Shown: piece after piece, positions 1 through 12,900 of the stretch | How the letters are laid out: the number at the start of each line of letters is the position of its first letter | Position numbering within the stretch: the stretch's first letter is position 1 | Assembly (NCBI GenBank): GCA_951406725.2 | Contig: OX597814.1 | Span: 160,642,001 to 160,706,000 of the forward strand | DNA: 64,000 nt | Direction: 5' to 3' | From: Octopus vulgaris | Taxonomy: Eukaryota | Program-made: the position numbers and the translations under genes | Notes under the pieces: model-generated | The model's database searches: none | What the model was told of the DNA's origin: nothing | The model's input: only the letters and a program-made list of their open reading frames with translations

Positions 1-315
1 TATATATATGCATGTGTATTATATATACATGTGTGTGTGTTTATATGTGTGTGTGTGTACCGTGTCAGAGCAACGTCTCAATTCTTTAATGGTCTCTGTT
101 ACAACACACTTGATATATTTTCCGTTTTATATGCAAGTTTATGTTCGCAGCTGGACAAGGAATAAATCGCCGGGTACACTTACAACAGTATTTTCCCTTT
201 TCTTTTCCTTTCTCTCCAATTTAATTTCCACCGCATGGTTTTTTATCGTTTCATTTTCGTGAAATTCAAGATATTTATGTAGTTGTCAATAATTAGCTAC
301 ATCATGAACATACGA

Positions 316-975
316 CGCAGACATGGCCGTGTGGTTAAGAAGCTCGCTTTGCAGCCATATGATTTCGGGTTCAGTTCCACTGCGTGACATCTAGGGTAAG
401 TGTCTTTTATAACCCCGGGCCAACTACTGCCTTGTGAATAAATTTGAAAGAAGCTTGTCCTATCTATGAATATGTGTATAGTGTGTGTGTTCCTTACTCC
501 CCACTGCTCGATAATCGGTTTTATTCTTTTATTCTGTTACTTGTTTCAGTCATTTGACTGCGGTCATGCTGGAGCACCGCCTTTAGTCGAGCAAATCGAC
601 CCCAGGACTTATTCTTTGTAAGCCTAGTACTTATTCTATCGGTCTCTTTTGCCGAACCGCTAAGTTACGGGGACGTAAACACACTAGCATCAAGCGATGT
701 TGGGGGGACAATACATATATACGACGGGCTTCTTTCAGTTTCCGCCTACCAAGTCCACTCACAAGGCTTAGGTCGGCCCGAGGCTATAGTAGAAGACACT
801 TGCCCAAGGTGCCACGCAGTGGGTATTGGTCACTTTTTATGCAAAAGAGATCGATAGAATAGGTTCCAGATTTTAATATAGGTATTGAGTTCGATTTGTT
901 CGATTTAACCTAACTTTCCAAAGTGGTGCAGATCCAGCATGGCCGCAGTCAAATGACTGAAACAAGTAAAAGATA
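316..975 (+). mobile_element. CORE-like SINE with a nested, inverted, 5'-truncated copy (520-823)
   Basis: Plus-strand head at 316-460 and tail at 840-975 flank a minus-strand copy of the same family. Confidence 0.75.
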
Positions 976-1116
976 TTGAACAAAGCAATTAAAGGAATCT
1001 AAACATTCCGTTCAAATTTCGAACTCAATATTTGAAACAATTAGTTGTCATTCATAAATTCTACAATCACTAAGCTAAGAAATGGCTAGAAGAGATTTCC
1101 TTGTCTAATAACCTGT

Positions 1117-1155
<39 letters not shown>

Positions 1156-1799
1156 CGAACATATTGTTTATAGTCGTTGAACATACGTAGTTGATAAATT
1201 TACTTCACAAGAATTTACATAGAGATTCAAATAATTTGTTCGTTTCAGAGAACTTCTCTGCATCTGCATTCAGTAAATAATTAAATCATTGATTAACAAA
1301 ATCGTAACAAAACTCTTTCCACGTTTAGTTCTGTCACGGACACTAGGACGCGACAGGCCGATTATTCGGTTTTCATATCGTGTAAGTGACCTGGAACGCA
1401 ACATTCCCCCTGAACGGGGCGCAGGGTTACTCATTTACATGCCTTGTGGACTGGAGCCATGTGAAATGAAGTATTTTGCTCAAAAACACAATGCACCGCC
1501 CAGTCTGAGAATCGAAACCACGCTCGTACGATCGTGAGTACAACACTCGAACCACTAATCCACGTGTCTTCATAGCGAAACGCTTTGCACAACAACATTT
1601 TTATTTCTTTTACATGTAAAAGGCCTCAAACTTGTAACTCGGGGTTAAGTGGGCAGAGAAAACGGAAAGTTTACCTCGGCGGGAATTGAACTCAGGACGC
1701 AAAGCATCGGAATAAATACCACAAGGCATTTTGTCTGGTGCTCTGACTATTCTGCAAAGGTAGCGTACTCATAGTACCTTGTACCACGAAAATTTTTGA

Positions 1800-2165
1800 A
1801 CAAATTGAAGTGTGTATGCTCTTTCGCTGCTTGTAGAAGGGACAGATTCTGCTGGGTACGATGTCTATCTGCTGCTAACTTCCACCGCAAAAGAGTCCCG
1901 GAACGTAGTATCTGAAGATGTGCAGGCATGCACTGGGGATGTAGCATTTGCAGAAACTTCTAGACGACGATGTCGAACAGTTGTGATAGTCATTTATGTG
2001 ACATGTCTTTACACAATGCATCTCTTCCACCGTCCTACAATCCGAGCTAAAACTCAAACCGAAATTGTGCGATTGACATCTAAAGTGATACCAAGGATCA
2101 CGGCACCCTGTCAGCTCGATAGTCCGTCGATGGAAATTTCACTGTCGCATTCTATAGAGATCTGG
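1800..2165 (-). mobile_element. Highly decayed LINE fragment
   Basis: Minus-strand ILGITLDVNRT and LRWKLAADRHR segments resemble LINE ORF2 motifs; multiple stops and frameshifts. Confidence 0.3.
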
Positions 2166-2600
2166 TAGTGAGTGTGAGTGATGATGACTATAACCATGAG
2201 GATTTTGATGAGGATAGTTAATTCATTTTTCTTGATCAAAATTATGGCGGAAGTTTGGCTGAATCGTTAGAGTATCGAGGGCGAAAAAACCTCGCGGTAG
2301 TTGTTCCTATTCTTTACGTGCTGAGTTCAAATACTACCGAAGTCAACTTTGCCTTTCATCCCACCAAGCTGGTAGAATAAAGTATCACTCTAAGAGTCAA
2401 TGTAACCGACTAGCCCCTTCTCTCAAAACTGCTGGCCTTCTACTTTAATCAGAAACTACATAAAGGCCAGTGAATTCGCAGAATCATTAGAGCGTCGGGA
2501 AAACTGCTTTGCAGTATTTGCTCGGTCTCTTCACGCTCTGAGTTCCAATCCTGCCGAGGGCAACCTTGTTTTTCATCCTTTCAGGGTCGATAAAATAAAG

Positions 2601-2643
<43 letters not shown>

Positions 2644-5061
2644 CGACCAAATCCTTCCCCTCGAAGCTGCTTGCTTTGTACCGAAATCAGAAACCATTTC
2701 TCTTGGTACAACACCAAAAAAAAAGTTGATTGGAGTGAATCAATATATTACTGGTATTTATTTGTCGATTTCTGCTGGATTAAAGTAGGTGCGACCTGCT
2801 AGATAGAGTAACCGAATTCCCGCGCATTAGACTCCACAATCTTCAAAACGGAAAAAAGAAGAGTCAGTGAACAATCGTAGTCCGAAATATTCAGAGAAAA
2901 GGGCGTGGTAGTCACAGATAGAAGTCGACCAAGATTGAAACAACAGCAGTATTTTATCCTAACTAGGCTATTCTTAATCAATCCTATCACATTTGAGCTG
3001 CAGATTATTTGGTACGGACAACTAGATTCCGAGTAATTGCTGAGTATGAAATGCTTTTTACTGCCTTACAGAGTATTGTTTTGAAAAAAATAATGTTCAA
3101 ACTACTAAAATTAATTTCAAACCACTCCGATATCAGACTGTATCCAGGTATTTTCTAAATTAAATGCAACTCTGATCTTATCTTGTTCTTCGGAATATTA
3201 GCTTTAACAATACGCGCTGAATCAGTAAGCCAGAGATAAAATTTAAGCTGATTCACATGAACAGGATCTCTTCAGCTATACAGTTATTCTGATTTGGATT
3301 ATGAGTGTTAAGATCGTTTGATCCTCAACCTTTTCCCACTAATGTTACAAAGCGTAAAATAATAACAGAGCGAAAACAAAACCACTCAAATGATACGGAA
3401 ATTGACAACGTTTGAAACACACGAGAAATATACCCGGGTATGAACAACATGCAGAGTGATATGCATATAAATAGTTATAATAGCAGTGAATTTGATTAAC
3501 GATAATTTGAACCAGAATGCTCGAATATAAACCCTAGATCCCATTCAATTAGCGTAAAATAGACATATCTTTCACAGAAAACGATATATAAAAGAATAAG
3601 TCGATTGTTCTCAAAGACAATAGGAAATATAGAATTGATTCTTTCCGTCTGCTTCTCAACTTATAAAGTCTCTGGACATTAAGTCAGGTAGTTGACAATG
3701 GATTTATGATTAGCCATTATCGTAGAGACATTTTTGGCAAGAACATTTTGAGATTGTTACATTTTAGGGAATGTACTGGGGGAAAAGAATAACAAATTAA
3801 GAAATTATGATAATGGTTGATTATGATGTTGATGGTGGTTGTCGTCGTCGTCGTGGGAAAGAAAATCACTGTTAGGAAATCTACGAGAATGTTTTATGTT
3901 GCCACTGAACAGCTCCCACAATATTATTCAGAAGGAAAAAAATTGTCGTATTGGCTACCTAATCAGATTTTATTTGATTGTGAAATAATGTGTATCTGTA
4001 ATATTACAGCTACAAGACACTCTATACTTGATATCTTTATTGGCAAGCACACACATACACAGCGGTGAAACAACACGTAAAATCTAAAAGCTATCACCAA
4101 ATGCGCAATAAAATCTGTCTTAACAATGAGACATGAAAAGAAGTCCATCTTCTCGACTGTAAAATCTAGTGAGATGAATCTTTGAAAGTAGTTGATTTAT
4201 GTCAAGTGTCATGGCTATATACCCCTCAATAATGCTTAAATTGTATAGTTTACACTTTCCAATCTTTCGCGCGAAAATGCCTCTTAATCCCTGGGAAACT
4301 TATCTGTAGTTCCATGACGTTTAGCGCTGATTCGAAACCAGTCTACGGTTACGTATCATTCCCAGCTATTGTTGAGTCATGACTGAATAAACCTAAGATC
4401 AAATACGTTTCAGTTTTGACTTTCCGTAGCTTTTAACATCAAGGATTACATTGTACAATATGTCCTTCCTTTTTTTTTTAAGACACTAGGGTGTGATTTG
4501 AGGCAACTGACAACTAGTTCTCGCAGGTAAGTTGACTGCGTAGAGGTTAGTTATTCTGAAAGGTATTATAGAATAATTTTACGTAGAAGTACCCAGCGCA
4601 ATTGATTTGTAATCATGATTCTGGGCACCTTATCAAATCAACCATCTCATAGTTACAAGATATCTGATTGGGCTTAAACTTCCCAGCAAATCTCCCTTCG
4701 TATGTTTAATGAAGCTCAACTCACTAAAAACAAATTAAACAAAGTCTAAAATAAAATTAATTCTCATGAACTTGGAAGACTTAATAAGAGTATATTCTAT
4801 GTGGTTGTGAACTTACTTAAAACAAATTCAATTTACACGATACGTAATAATTTATATTGATTTTCTTTAACTACGCATAAAGCAGTGATTTTCAAGGAAG
4901 GCTAATGTCATGTTGTGATTATACATTATTCTAAAAAGAAAAGAAGGTACGGATGACGACGTTGCCCGAGAAGAGGAGCAAAGTCGCTGATTCGTCAAGC
5001 TGATAGAATTCGTGAAATTGAATCCAAAACGGTATTTCAAAATTTTTTTAGAATTTCTTTT

Positions 5062-5284
5062 CTTTTATTCTTTTACTTGTTTCAGTCATTTTAATGAGGT
5101 CATTCTGGAGCACCGCCTTTAGCCGATCAAATCGACCCCAGGACTTATTCTTCGTAAGCCTAGTACTTATTCTATCGGTTTCTTTTGCTGAACCGCTAAG
5201 TTACGGGGACGTAAACTCACCAGCATCGGTTGTCAAGTGATGTCGGGGAACAAACACAGACATACAAACATATACACAAACACG

Positions 5285-5328
<44 letters not shown>

Positions 5329-5485
5329 CGGGTTTCTTTCAGTTTCCGTCCACCAAATCCTCTCACAAGGCTTTGGTCGGCTCGAGGCTATAATAGAAGA
5401 CACTTACCCAAGGTACCACGCAGAGGGACTGAACCCGGAACCATGTGGTTGGTAAGTAGGCTACTTACCACACAGCCACTCCCGC
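5062..5485 (-). mobile_element. tRNA-derived CORE-like SINE, full length
   Basis: Head GAGTGGCTGTGTGGTAAG..GGTTCCGGGTTCAGTCCC, CORE-like GTACCTTGGGTAAGTGTCTT, internal TA tract, tail GACTGAAACAAGTAAAAGAATAAAAGA. Confidence 0.85.
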
Positions 5486-5832
5486 TCAGAAAAATTATCA
5501 CATCATTGTAACAGTATGTTGAAATAGTTCATTTTCGATGAGATATCAATATTGGGACGATTTCTTCAAGACCAACATAATTTGGAAGATATAGAAAATG
5601 TCACATCCATTTGTTTTTGTCGCGTACGTCACACAGAGTAAAGGAGATGTCTGATTATATTGTTGCCCAGCAACCTCGTAAACATTTTTTTGATTCAAGG
5701 GCGGCCAATGTAGATAAACACCGTGCAGCTTTTTTACACTACTCTGGAGAAACTCGGAAAAATGAACATTAGCATGCCGGGCAAAATGCTAGCCTTGTGC
5801 CAAAATTTGAAATTAATACTTGATAGGTTAGT

Positions 5833-6860
5833 AAGGCGGCGAGCTGGCAGAAACGGTAGCACGCCAGGCAAAATGCTTAGCGGTATTTCGTTTGCCGCTA
5901 CGTTCTGAGTTCAAATTCCGCCGAGGTTGACTTTGCCTTTCATCCTTTCGGGGTCGATAAATTAAGTACCAGTTACGCACTGGGGTCGATGTAATGGACT
6001 TAATACCTACGTCTGTTCTTGTTTGTCCTCTCTATGCTTAGTCCCTTGTGGGTAATAAAGAAATAGGTATTTCGTCTGCCGTTACGTTCTGAGTTCAAAT
6101 TCCGCCGAGGTCGACTTTGCTTTTCATCTTTTCGGGGTCGATTAAATAAGTACCAGTTACGCACTGGGGTCGATATAATCGACTTAATCCGTTTGTCTGT
6201 CCTTGTTTGTCCCTTCTGTGTTTAGCCCCTTGTGGGTAGTAAAGAAATAGGTATTTCGTCTGTCTTTACGTTCTGAGTTCAAATTACGCCGAGGTCGATT
6301 TTGCTTTTAATCCTTCCGGGGTCGATAAATTAAGTACCAGTTACGCACTGGGGTCGATGTAATCGACTTAATACCTATGTCTGTCCTTGTTTGTCTCCTC
6401 TGTGTTTAGCCCCTTGTGGGTAATAAAGAAATAGGTATTTCGTTTGCCGCTACGTTCTGAGTTCAAATTCCGCCGAGGTTGACTTTGCCTTTCATCCTTT
6501 CGGGGTCGATAAATTAAGTACCAGTTACGCACTGGGGTCGACGTAATGGACTTAATACCTATGTCTGTTCTTCTTTGTCCCCTCTATGTTTAGCCCCTTG
6601 TGGGTAATAAAGAAATAGGTATTTCATCTGCTGTTACGTTCTGAGTTCAAATTCCGCCGAGGTCGATTTTGCTTTTCATCCTTTCGGGGTCGATTAAATA
6701 AGTACCAGTTACGCACTGGGGTCGATATAATCGACTTAATCCGTTTGTCTGTCCTTGTTTGTCCCTTCTGTGTTTAGCCCTGGTAGTAAAGAAATAGGTA
6801 TTTCGTCTGTCTTTATCGATTTTGCTTTAACCTTCCGGGGTCGATAAATTAAGTAACAGT
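5833..6860 (+). repeat. SINE-derived tandem array, ~184-bp units (5 full + 1 partial)
   Basis: Units start GGTATTTC at 5882, 6066, 6250, 6434, 6618 and 6797; only the first is preceded by the tRNA-like head AAGGCGGCGAGCTGGCAGAA. Confidence 0.92.
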
Positions 6861-6906
6861 TGCTGCGGTCGTCTAATCGACTGCCTGCCTCCCAAAATTT
6901 CGTGCT

Positions 6907-7120
6907 TTGTACCTAGAGTAGAAAAATCGTTAGAACGCCAGACAAAATGCTTAGTGGCATTTCGTCTGTCTTTACGTTCTGAGTTCAAATTCCACCGGAG
7001 TCGACTTTGCCTTTCATCCTTTCGGGGTCGATAAAATAAGTACTAATTGGGTACTGAGGTTGATGAAATCGACTTATTTCTTCCCTAGAAATTACTGGCC
7101 TTGTGCCAAAATTTGAAACT
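6907..7120 (+). mobile_element. tRNA-derived SINE (TTCATCCTTTCGGGGTCGATAAA central domain)
   Basis: Same body as the array unit (GTTCAAATTCC B-box-like) with a different tail; related copies at ~2250-2700, 29024-29242(-), 34700-34885(-), 41840-42058(-), 51989-52211(-), 54730-55020(-) and 60375-60588(-). Confidence 0.8.
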
Positions 7121-8049
7121 AATATTTTCAGGTGAAAAAGCAAGTTTTTTCGTGCCACGTTACACTTTTGGTATCCTCTTCAAAAATTCCAACATACATT
7201 CCAAATAAATATTTTTAAAAATTGCTTAATACATGTCTGGGTAGTTAAACTTATCAGTGAAAATAAATCAATACTAGTTTTATAAATATTCAAAATTTAC
7301 GGCTTAGATAGATATCTCATAATTTGTCAGTCACGTACGTCTCACTAGAATCGCCCATAGTATGCCTTAATATATAATTCTATATTAATCATTTCTAAGT
7401 ATTCTATGTATTGAAACATCGCCTAAACATCATTAAAATATTTTGACTTTAAGCTATCAAAACATGAACAGCTATTCCAATCGCATCCACTTTCATGAAA
7501 ATTTCTCAATTGTAGGAGTCGGTCATAACTTAATTTCATAATGTAAGGGAGATAACTAGGATGCTCTAATTTTTTATCAAAATATTTCGACAGAAAATTG
7601 AATTCACGCAACGCAACAGAGAAATTTTAATTTATATATAAAGATTATTTTTCTAAACGGTTATCAATCAAAATATTCAACAGAAACAGTACAGAATACA
7701 GATGCAATTAGATCGATTATTTGTTAAATGAAAACGCCACTAAAAGAAATGACCATCAAAGTGAAGTGTAATCTATATTATGTCAGCGCACGCGCAAGCT
7801 GTTTGGCACCATGTCACTCCTGATCAAGCAGCAGTATGATAAAATCCCTTCCAACCGAGACTACCCCTCATGTACAGATAACACAGTAACACATAAGCCA
7901 CCGTGTTGTTTTCTAAAACAATACGGTTGATATGAGAGAGGTTTGACAACCATCTTTAACAGATTCAACGATCAAGTAGAGGCTGCCTTTAGATGAGGTG
8001 AAGCAGTGTGGTTATGAATGTAACTTCATCCAGTACATAACTGTTGCGT

Positions 8050-8340
8050 GTAGGTGCACGGCCTAGTGGTTAAGGTGCTGCACTCACGATTTCGAGATTA
8101 TGGGTTCGATTACAGGGCGTTACGTTGTGTTCTTGAGCAAAGCACTTCATTTCACATTGTTTTACAATCATTTCATATCGTCGCACACGGTGCACCTGTA
8201 CAGGTAATATCGATTTCACTGGAGTGAGTGAGCTCACGTGTACACAAACATTTGATCGCTATAAATAAAATCATCTGTGCCGTTGTTCGGCAAGAAATTG
8301 CCGAACCCTCATACATCATCTACCGACAGGAGTCCACGTT
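8050..8340 (+). mobile_element. tRNA-derived SINE, third family
   Basis: GGCCTAGTGGTTAAGGTG..GGGTTCGATT A/B boxes, then GTGTTCTTGAGCAAAGCACTTCATTTCAC; related minus-strand copies at ~1400-1570 and 28900-29010. Confidence 0.65.
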
Positions 8341-9334
8341 TTATATATATATATGTATGTATGTATATATATATATATAAATTTATTATATGACAGAACG
8401 CACGCATCCCTTTCTAAGTAAGATTGTTCTTAATATTAATTGATGCGCACTCTTAACCTTTCTCTCCCCTCCCTTTCTCAGCCTTCATTATTTGGGCTTT
8501 CCTTTTCTTCCACTTACTGTCTCTCTCTCTCTTTCTTCATTCTTTTCTTTTTCTCTATCACCATTACCCTTCTTTTCTTTCCCCTTCTCTTGATCCTCCT
8601 CCTCCCTCCCGTCGCGGTCACGTGATGAGACGGCTATTTCTGTCTTTTCTTTCTTGAACTCCGTCAAGTAGAGACGTTAACCTGTTCTCTCTCGCGTCTC
8701 AAATAATAGCGTTCGTAAAAAAATTTTATCTCGTTTGGCTTAACAGCCCTTCTTGTTTGTGCTACTGTTATTCTCCGTGTCCTGTCTATTACTGTTTATA
8801 TTTTGTACTGTCGTTACTATCCTGTCTTTGTTACCATTTTTACCCCTCCGCAAAAAAACCTCAAATTTTATTTAATTTGATTTTCGCGGGAAGGAAAATT
8901 TCATTGAAGATATGTATCGCCTTGACCTTCGAAACGTGGAGTAGATGAAATTAAGGCGACTGAAGAAGGGGAATTTTCCTTGTTTTGTATGTCCTGTACT
9001 CTATTTTTTCGTTGTTTTAAAAAAATGTCCATTTCCTTGGTTTTGGTTTATGTTTTCGTTTCTCATTGTGTTCAACGTTTTTTTTTTTGGTGTCCTGTAC
9101 CCATATATGCATGTATATATACATGTAGAGGTAGGTACGTACATATATGTATGTATCTATGCATATATTTTATTTATTAATTTTTTATATATACACACAC
9201 ACACACATATACAAAACGCCCCCCCCCCCCCCCCCGGCCCAATGGACGGTGCTGAGTTGTCAAACATTTAAACCAAATTTTCTCAAAACAACTTGTCCGA
9301 CCGTCCCATAGGCCTCCCCTTTGAGAAACACTGA

Positions 9335-9594
9335 TTTAAACTAAATTTGAGACACCAGCAAAAGAAGAAATAGACTTTTTTTCTATTCCAAGAAAAACGA
9401 TTTTACAAATGCACGTTCCCACTGCTTTATCGATCGCATTCTCACCTGGAATCGATTTTTGTAATTTTTTAAGACTTATGCATGCCCTGATACCGTCGGT
9501 ATCTACATATCAAATTTGAGCGCAATCGGATGAAGGATGCCCGAAATCCTAGAAGACACACACACAGACAGACAACGGATTTTATATAATAGAT
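9335..9594 (-). mobile_element. Helitron-like fragment
   Basis: CAAATTTGAGCGCAATCGG ... ACAGACAGAC ... TTTTATATAATAGAT terminus resembles the 47.1 kb terminus. Confidence 0.4.
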
Positions 9595-9793
9595 AAGGTG
9601 ATAGACTGAGTCGAACACATCTTAATGAGAAAAGGGAGAATGAACGTTATCAATCAAGGTGCAAGCAAAGCTTTGTGATTAAGAAGCTCACTTTGCAAGT
9701 ACATGGCTTGATGTTCAGTACTACCGCGAGGCAAACTGGACAAATGTCCTCTACTATAGACCCACAAAAACCGTTAGATTCAATTCAACATTT

Positions 9794-9917
9794 AAATTTA
9801 ATTTGCCAAAATATTTTCGGCGCTTTGAAACCGCGGCCTGTTCACTGACAGCACGGAATTTCGTCAGTGAACATGTCGCGGTCTCAAAGCAACAAAATGT
9901 TTTGGCAAATTAAATTT
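9794..9917. repeat. Inverted repeat (~55-bp arms), Penelope-like terminal remnant
   Basis: 9794-9849 is an imperfect reverse complement of 9863-9917. Confidence 0.75.
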
Positions 9918-9959
9918 CAAACTTTGTAGTGTGAAATGCTACAACACAATTCCAAACCT

Positions 9960-12900
9960 GTTAATAGTTAAGTGTACTTTGGGAAGAGACTTCAGAGCCG
10001 GTAAAAAAGGTAAACATTCAAAGTATAAAGATATAGAGCAAGAGGCAGGACTCTAGAATATAATCACTTGTGTGGTTTTATATTTTTAAACCTGATCAGC
10101 ACAGATTTTGACTCTATAACAGAGAACAATTATTGGCAATTGTTCATTTTATCTGACCAACGTAGGATAAAATACGAAATTATATCCAACGTATAATAAT
10201 TGACTGCTGTCAGTACTAGTTCAGCTGCTTCTATATCAAAAGTGGGGGCACTTCATCATGGTAAAATGCAGGGGAAAATCCAAGGACAAAACTGAAAGTC
10301 AAATTTCCTTTCTAAGATATCAACACAAGAGCTGGATCCGTTTATAGAGCTACTCAAGTGTTCCACTTATTACTCGTTTAGTGATTCAAGTGTTCCACTC
10401 AAGTATTTATATAACTGAAACCAAGTCCAAATCTTCCTTGTAAATCTGCAATATGTGTAATACACTAGGAACGATTTCATCAACTATTCATGTTGCTTGA
10501 TAAATATATGCCTTATGAACTCATTCTTAAATCACAGCTGTTATTTCTATGGATTTTTCAAGAAGTAAAATTCACAAATGAAATGCAAACTTAGACAATA
10601 GATTTTTGTAACTGGACCTGATTTTTTTTTCACCTTTTCTTTTTCGATATAAAAATATCCAAATATAAATAACAGGTAATTCTTTCTAAAGAGATGACAG
10701 TCTGTTGAAACTGATAATACTACTATTGGTTTCCTTTTTATAACCAGCCTAGAAAAGAAATTACTAACTCCAAATGCTTTGAGGAATATTGCCAGAAATA
10801 TGGCACAAACAAATGCAAGCCACAGTCTTTAGCAACACAAATGCTAATCATATTACAAATACAAGATGGTAAGAAACACTAGAATATATTCAGCTCTGAC
10901 TTAAATTTGAAAGGAAAGCACTCCAAGTTTCAAACTTCTTAGCTAACTTATCCATAGTATAAAGGCAAGTCTGTCCCATCTAAATATTTTTAAAAAAATG
11001 AAATATAAAAAGTTATGATTGTTTATAAGATGCTACTTATTAAATGGCTTAGTTTGTTTCAATTATGATATTCAGGGAACATCTGAGATTAATTCCTTAA
11101 CATAAATATCTGGAAATAAACCTTACAGTTATAAAATATTGTATAAATCAACTTTGAAATTCTTCACAAACAGTTTTTAAACATAAATTCATAGGTTTTC
11201 TTTTTTAAATTAAAGTTGCTTAGTAAGGCCAAAGTTATAACTTAAAATATCCTGTGTGTTTTTCAGTCAAATACTTAGCATGCTTCATGAGAAATTATTG
11301 CAAACTTCTTTCGAAAGCAATATCCAACAGTTAAATGTGAACTTAGTTTCAGTAAACCTGAAAAATTAACTCTTTCTTTATGCAAATAATTATCCATAAA
11401 TCTTTATATCAAAGACCATCTATGAAGAATTGCATAGAAAATATGACAACTAGTCAGATCTAAAGTTGTTTTTGTTGTTGCAAGTAAAAAGGAAAAACAC
11501 CAGGGTTCATTTTATGAAGAAAAAAAATTGAGAAAAATCTTTATTTTACTCATTGAAAACATTGATCACAAGCCTATAGAGTCGGTTTCCTGTGCTGTTA
11601 ACAGCAGTAAAGCATCATACGGTGACCAAGGGCAACTTCCCAGACAAGGCTGCAAGTTTACTGCCATCCCCTTTGAGCCACACAGAAGCAGTAGGAAGGG
11701 AAATGGTTTCAGAGCAGTAGATATATAATGACATAAGAAAGAAATAAGTTCGAAGACATCTTTCTGGTGCTACACAGAATCAATGAAGTTGGTGCCTTTA
11801 GTTTTAAAATCAAATGAGAACACATTTCAAACAAAGCGCTTGCAGACAAGCAACATGGAGTACAAATGAGAACAATTTTGGTTTTTGCTGCAGCTATTTG
11901 TAAAGTCAAAGAAAGCATTTGCTCACAATAGATGGTATTTTTAATTGCCAATCTAATAAAATGTCTCACTGATAGACCTGCTTGTCAGAATAGCATGTGC
12001 AGAGACAAATGGTATCATTTGCAGTTTTGTTGAAATAATGGAAGACAATTATAAGCAAATACAGTCAAGTCCATCACACAACTAACCTGCCATTTCACAG
12101 CCCATACACATGTTTATCTAATTTTTTTATTTACCTATTTTTGAAATAGATTTTTTTTTTTCCTGCTCAGTTCATGTGTGATGCTTTTCTCAGTTAGTGA
12201 TTCCAAGAGACATGCAACAACAAAAAAGCAAGTCATATTCAACAAATAGGATAACACAAAACAAATTACATTAGTGGAAAGAAAAGCTTCACATAAGCTA
12301 TTATGTCAAACCATATACAAGAATTATTTCATATTTACATGAAGAAAATGTAGTAGCTACCTTTTAACCTTTTGTTTTGCCATTGCCTAAATGAATCGAG
12401 TTATACATATACCGAGAACCTTTCAGAACTATAGATCCCCTTTTCAGCTTGATAAACTGATTTTCTTTAACTTTGATTTCAATCTCTGAGTAAACCTAAA
12501 TGAAACCTAACATTTATATCTAAGTTGTCCAATAAGTCCTTCTTGTTGCATTATTTTATATACTGAAAAAGCTATAGAGAAGCTAAATATGTAAGAGAAA
12601 TACTGAGTTGACTTTTAGTTAAGATTATTTAATACTGAAATATCTTAGCTGCCATGATAACAAATCATCTACACAATGTCTGTATCATAAATGTTATAAT
12701 CATCTTGTAGATTCCTGATAACTAGACTACCATAATGTCAAACTGATGCATAGCATCAACATTGAAAGAAATTTTTAAACCACAATAAATTAATCATTAA
12801 ACCTAAGATGATAGTTAATCAAACAAAATAAATGCTGTAAGAAATTAATCAACTATTACTACTGTATGTCTTTTGTTGGTTAGTCTATTTTAGGAGTTGG

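Noticed and set aside
5440-5485. tRNA-like A/B box sequences here and at other SINE heads
   Set aside because: No complete cloverleaf; they continue directly into SINE bodies
5882-6860. CRISPR-like regular repeat array
   Set aside because: Whole units repeat with no unique spacers, there are no cas genes, and the context is eukaryotic SINE sequence
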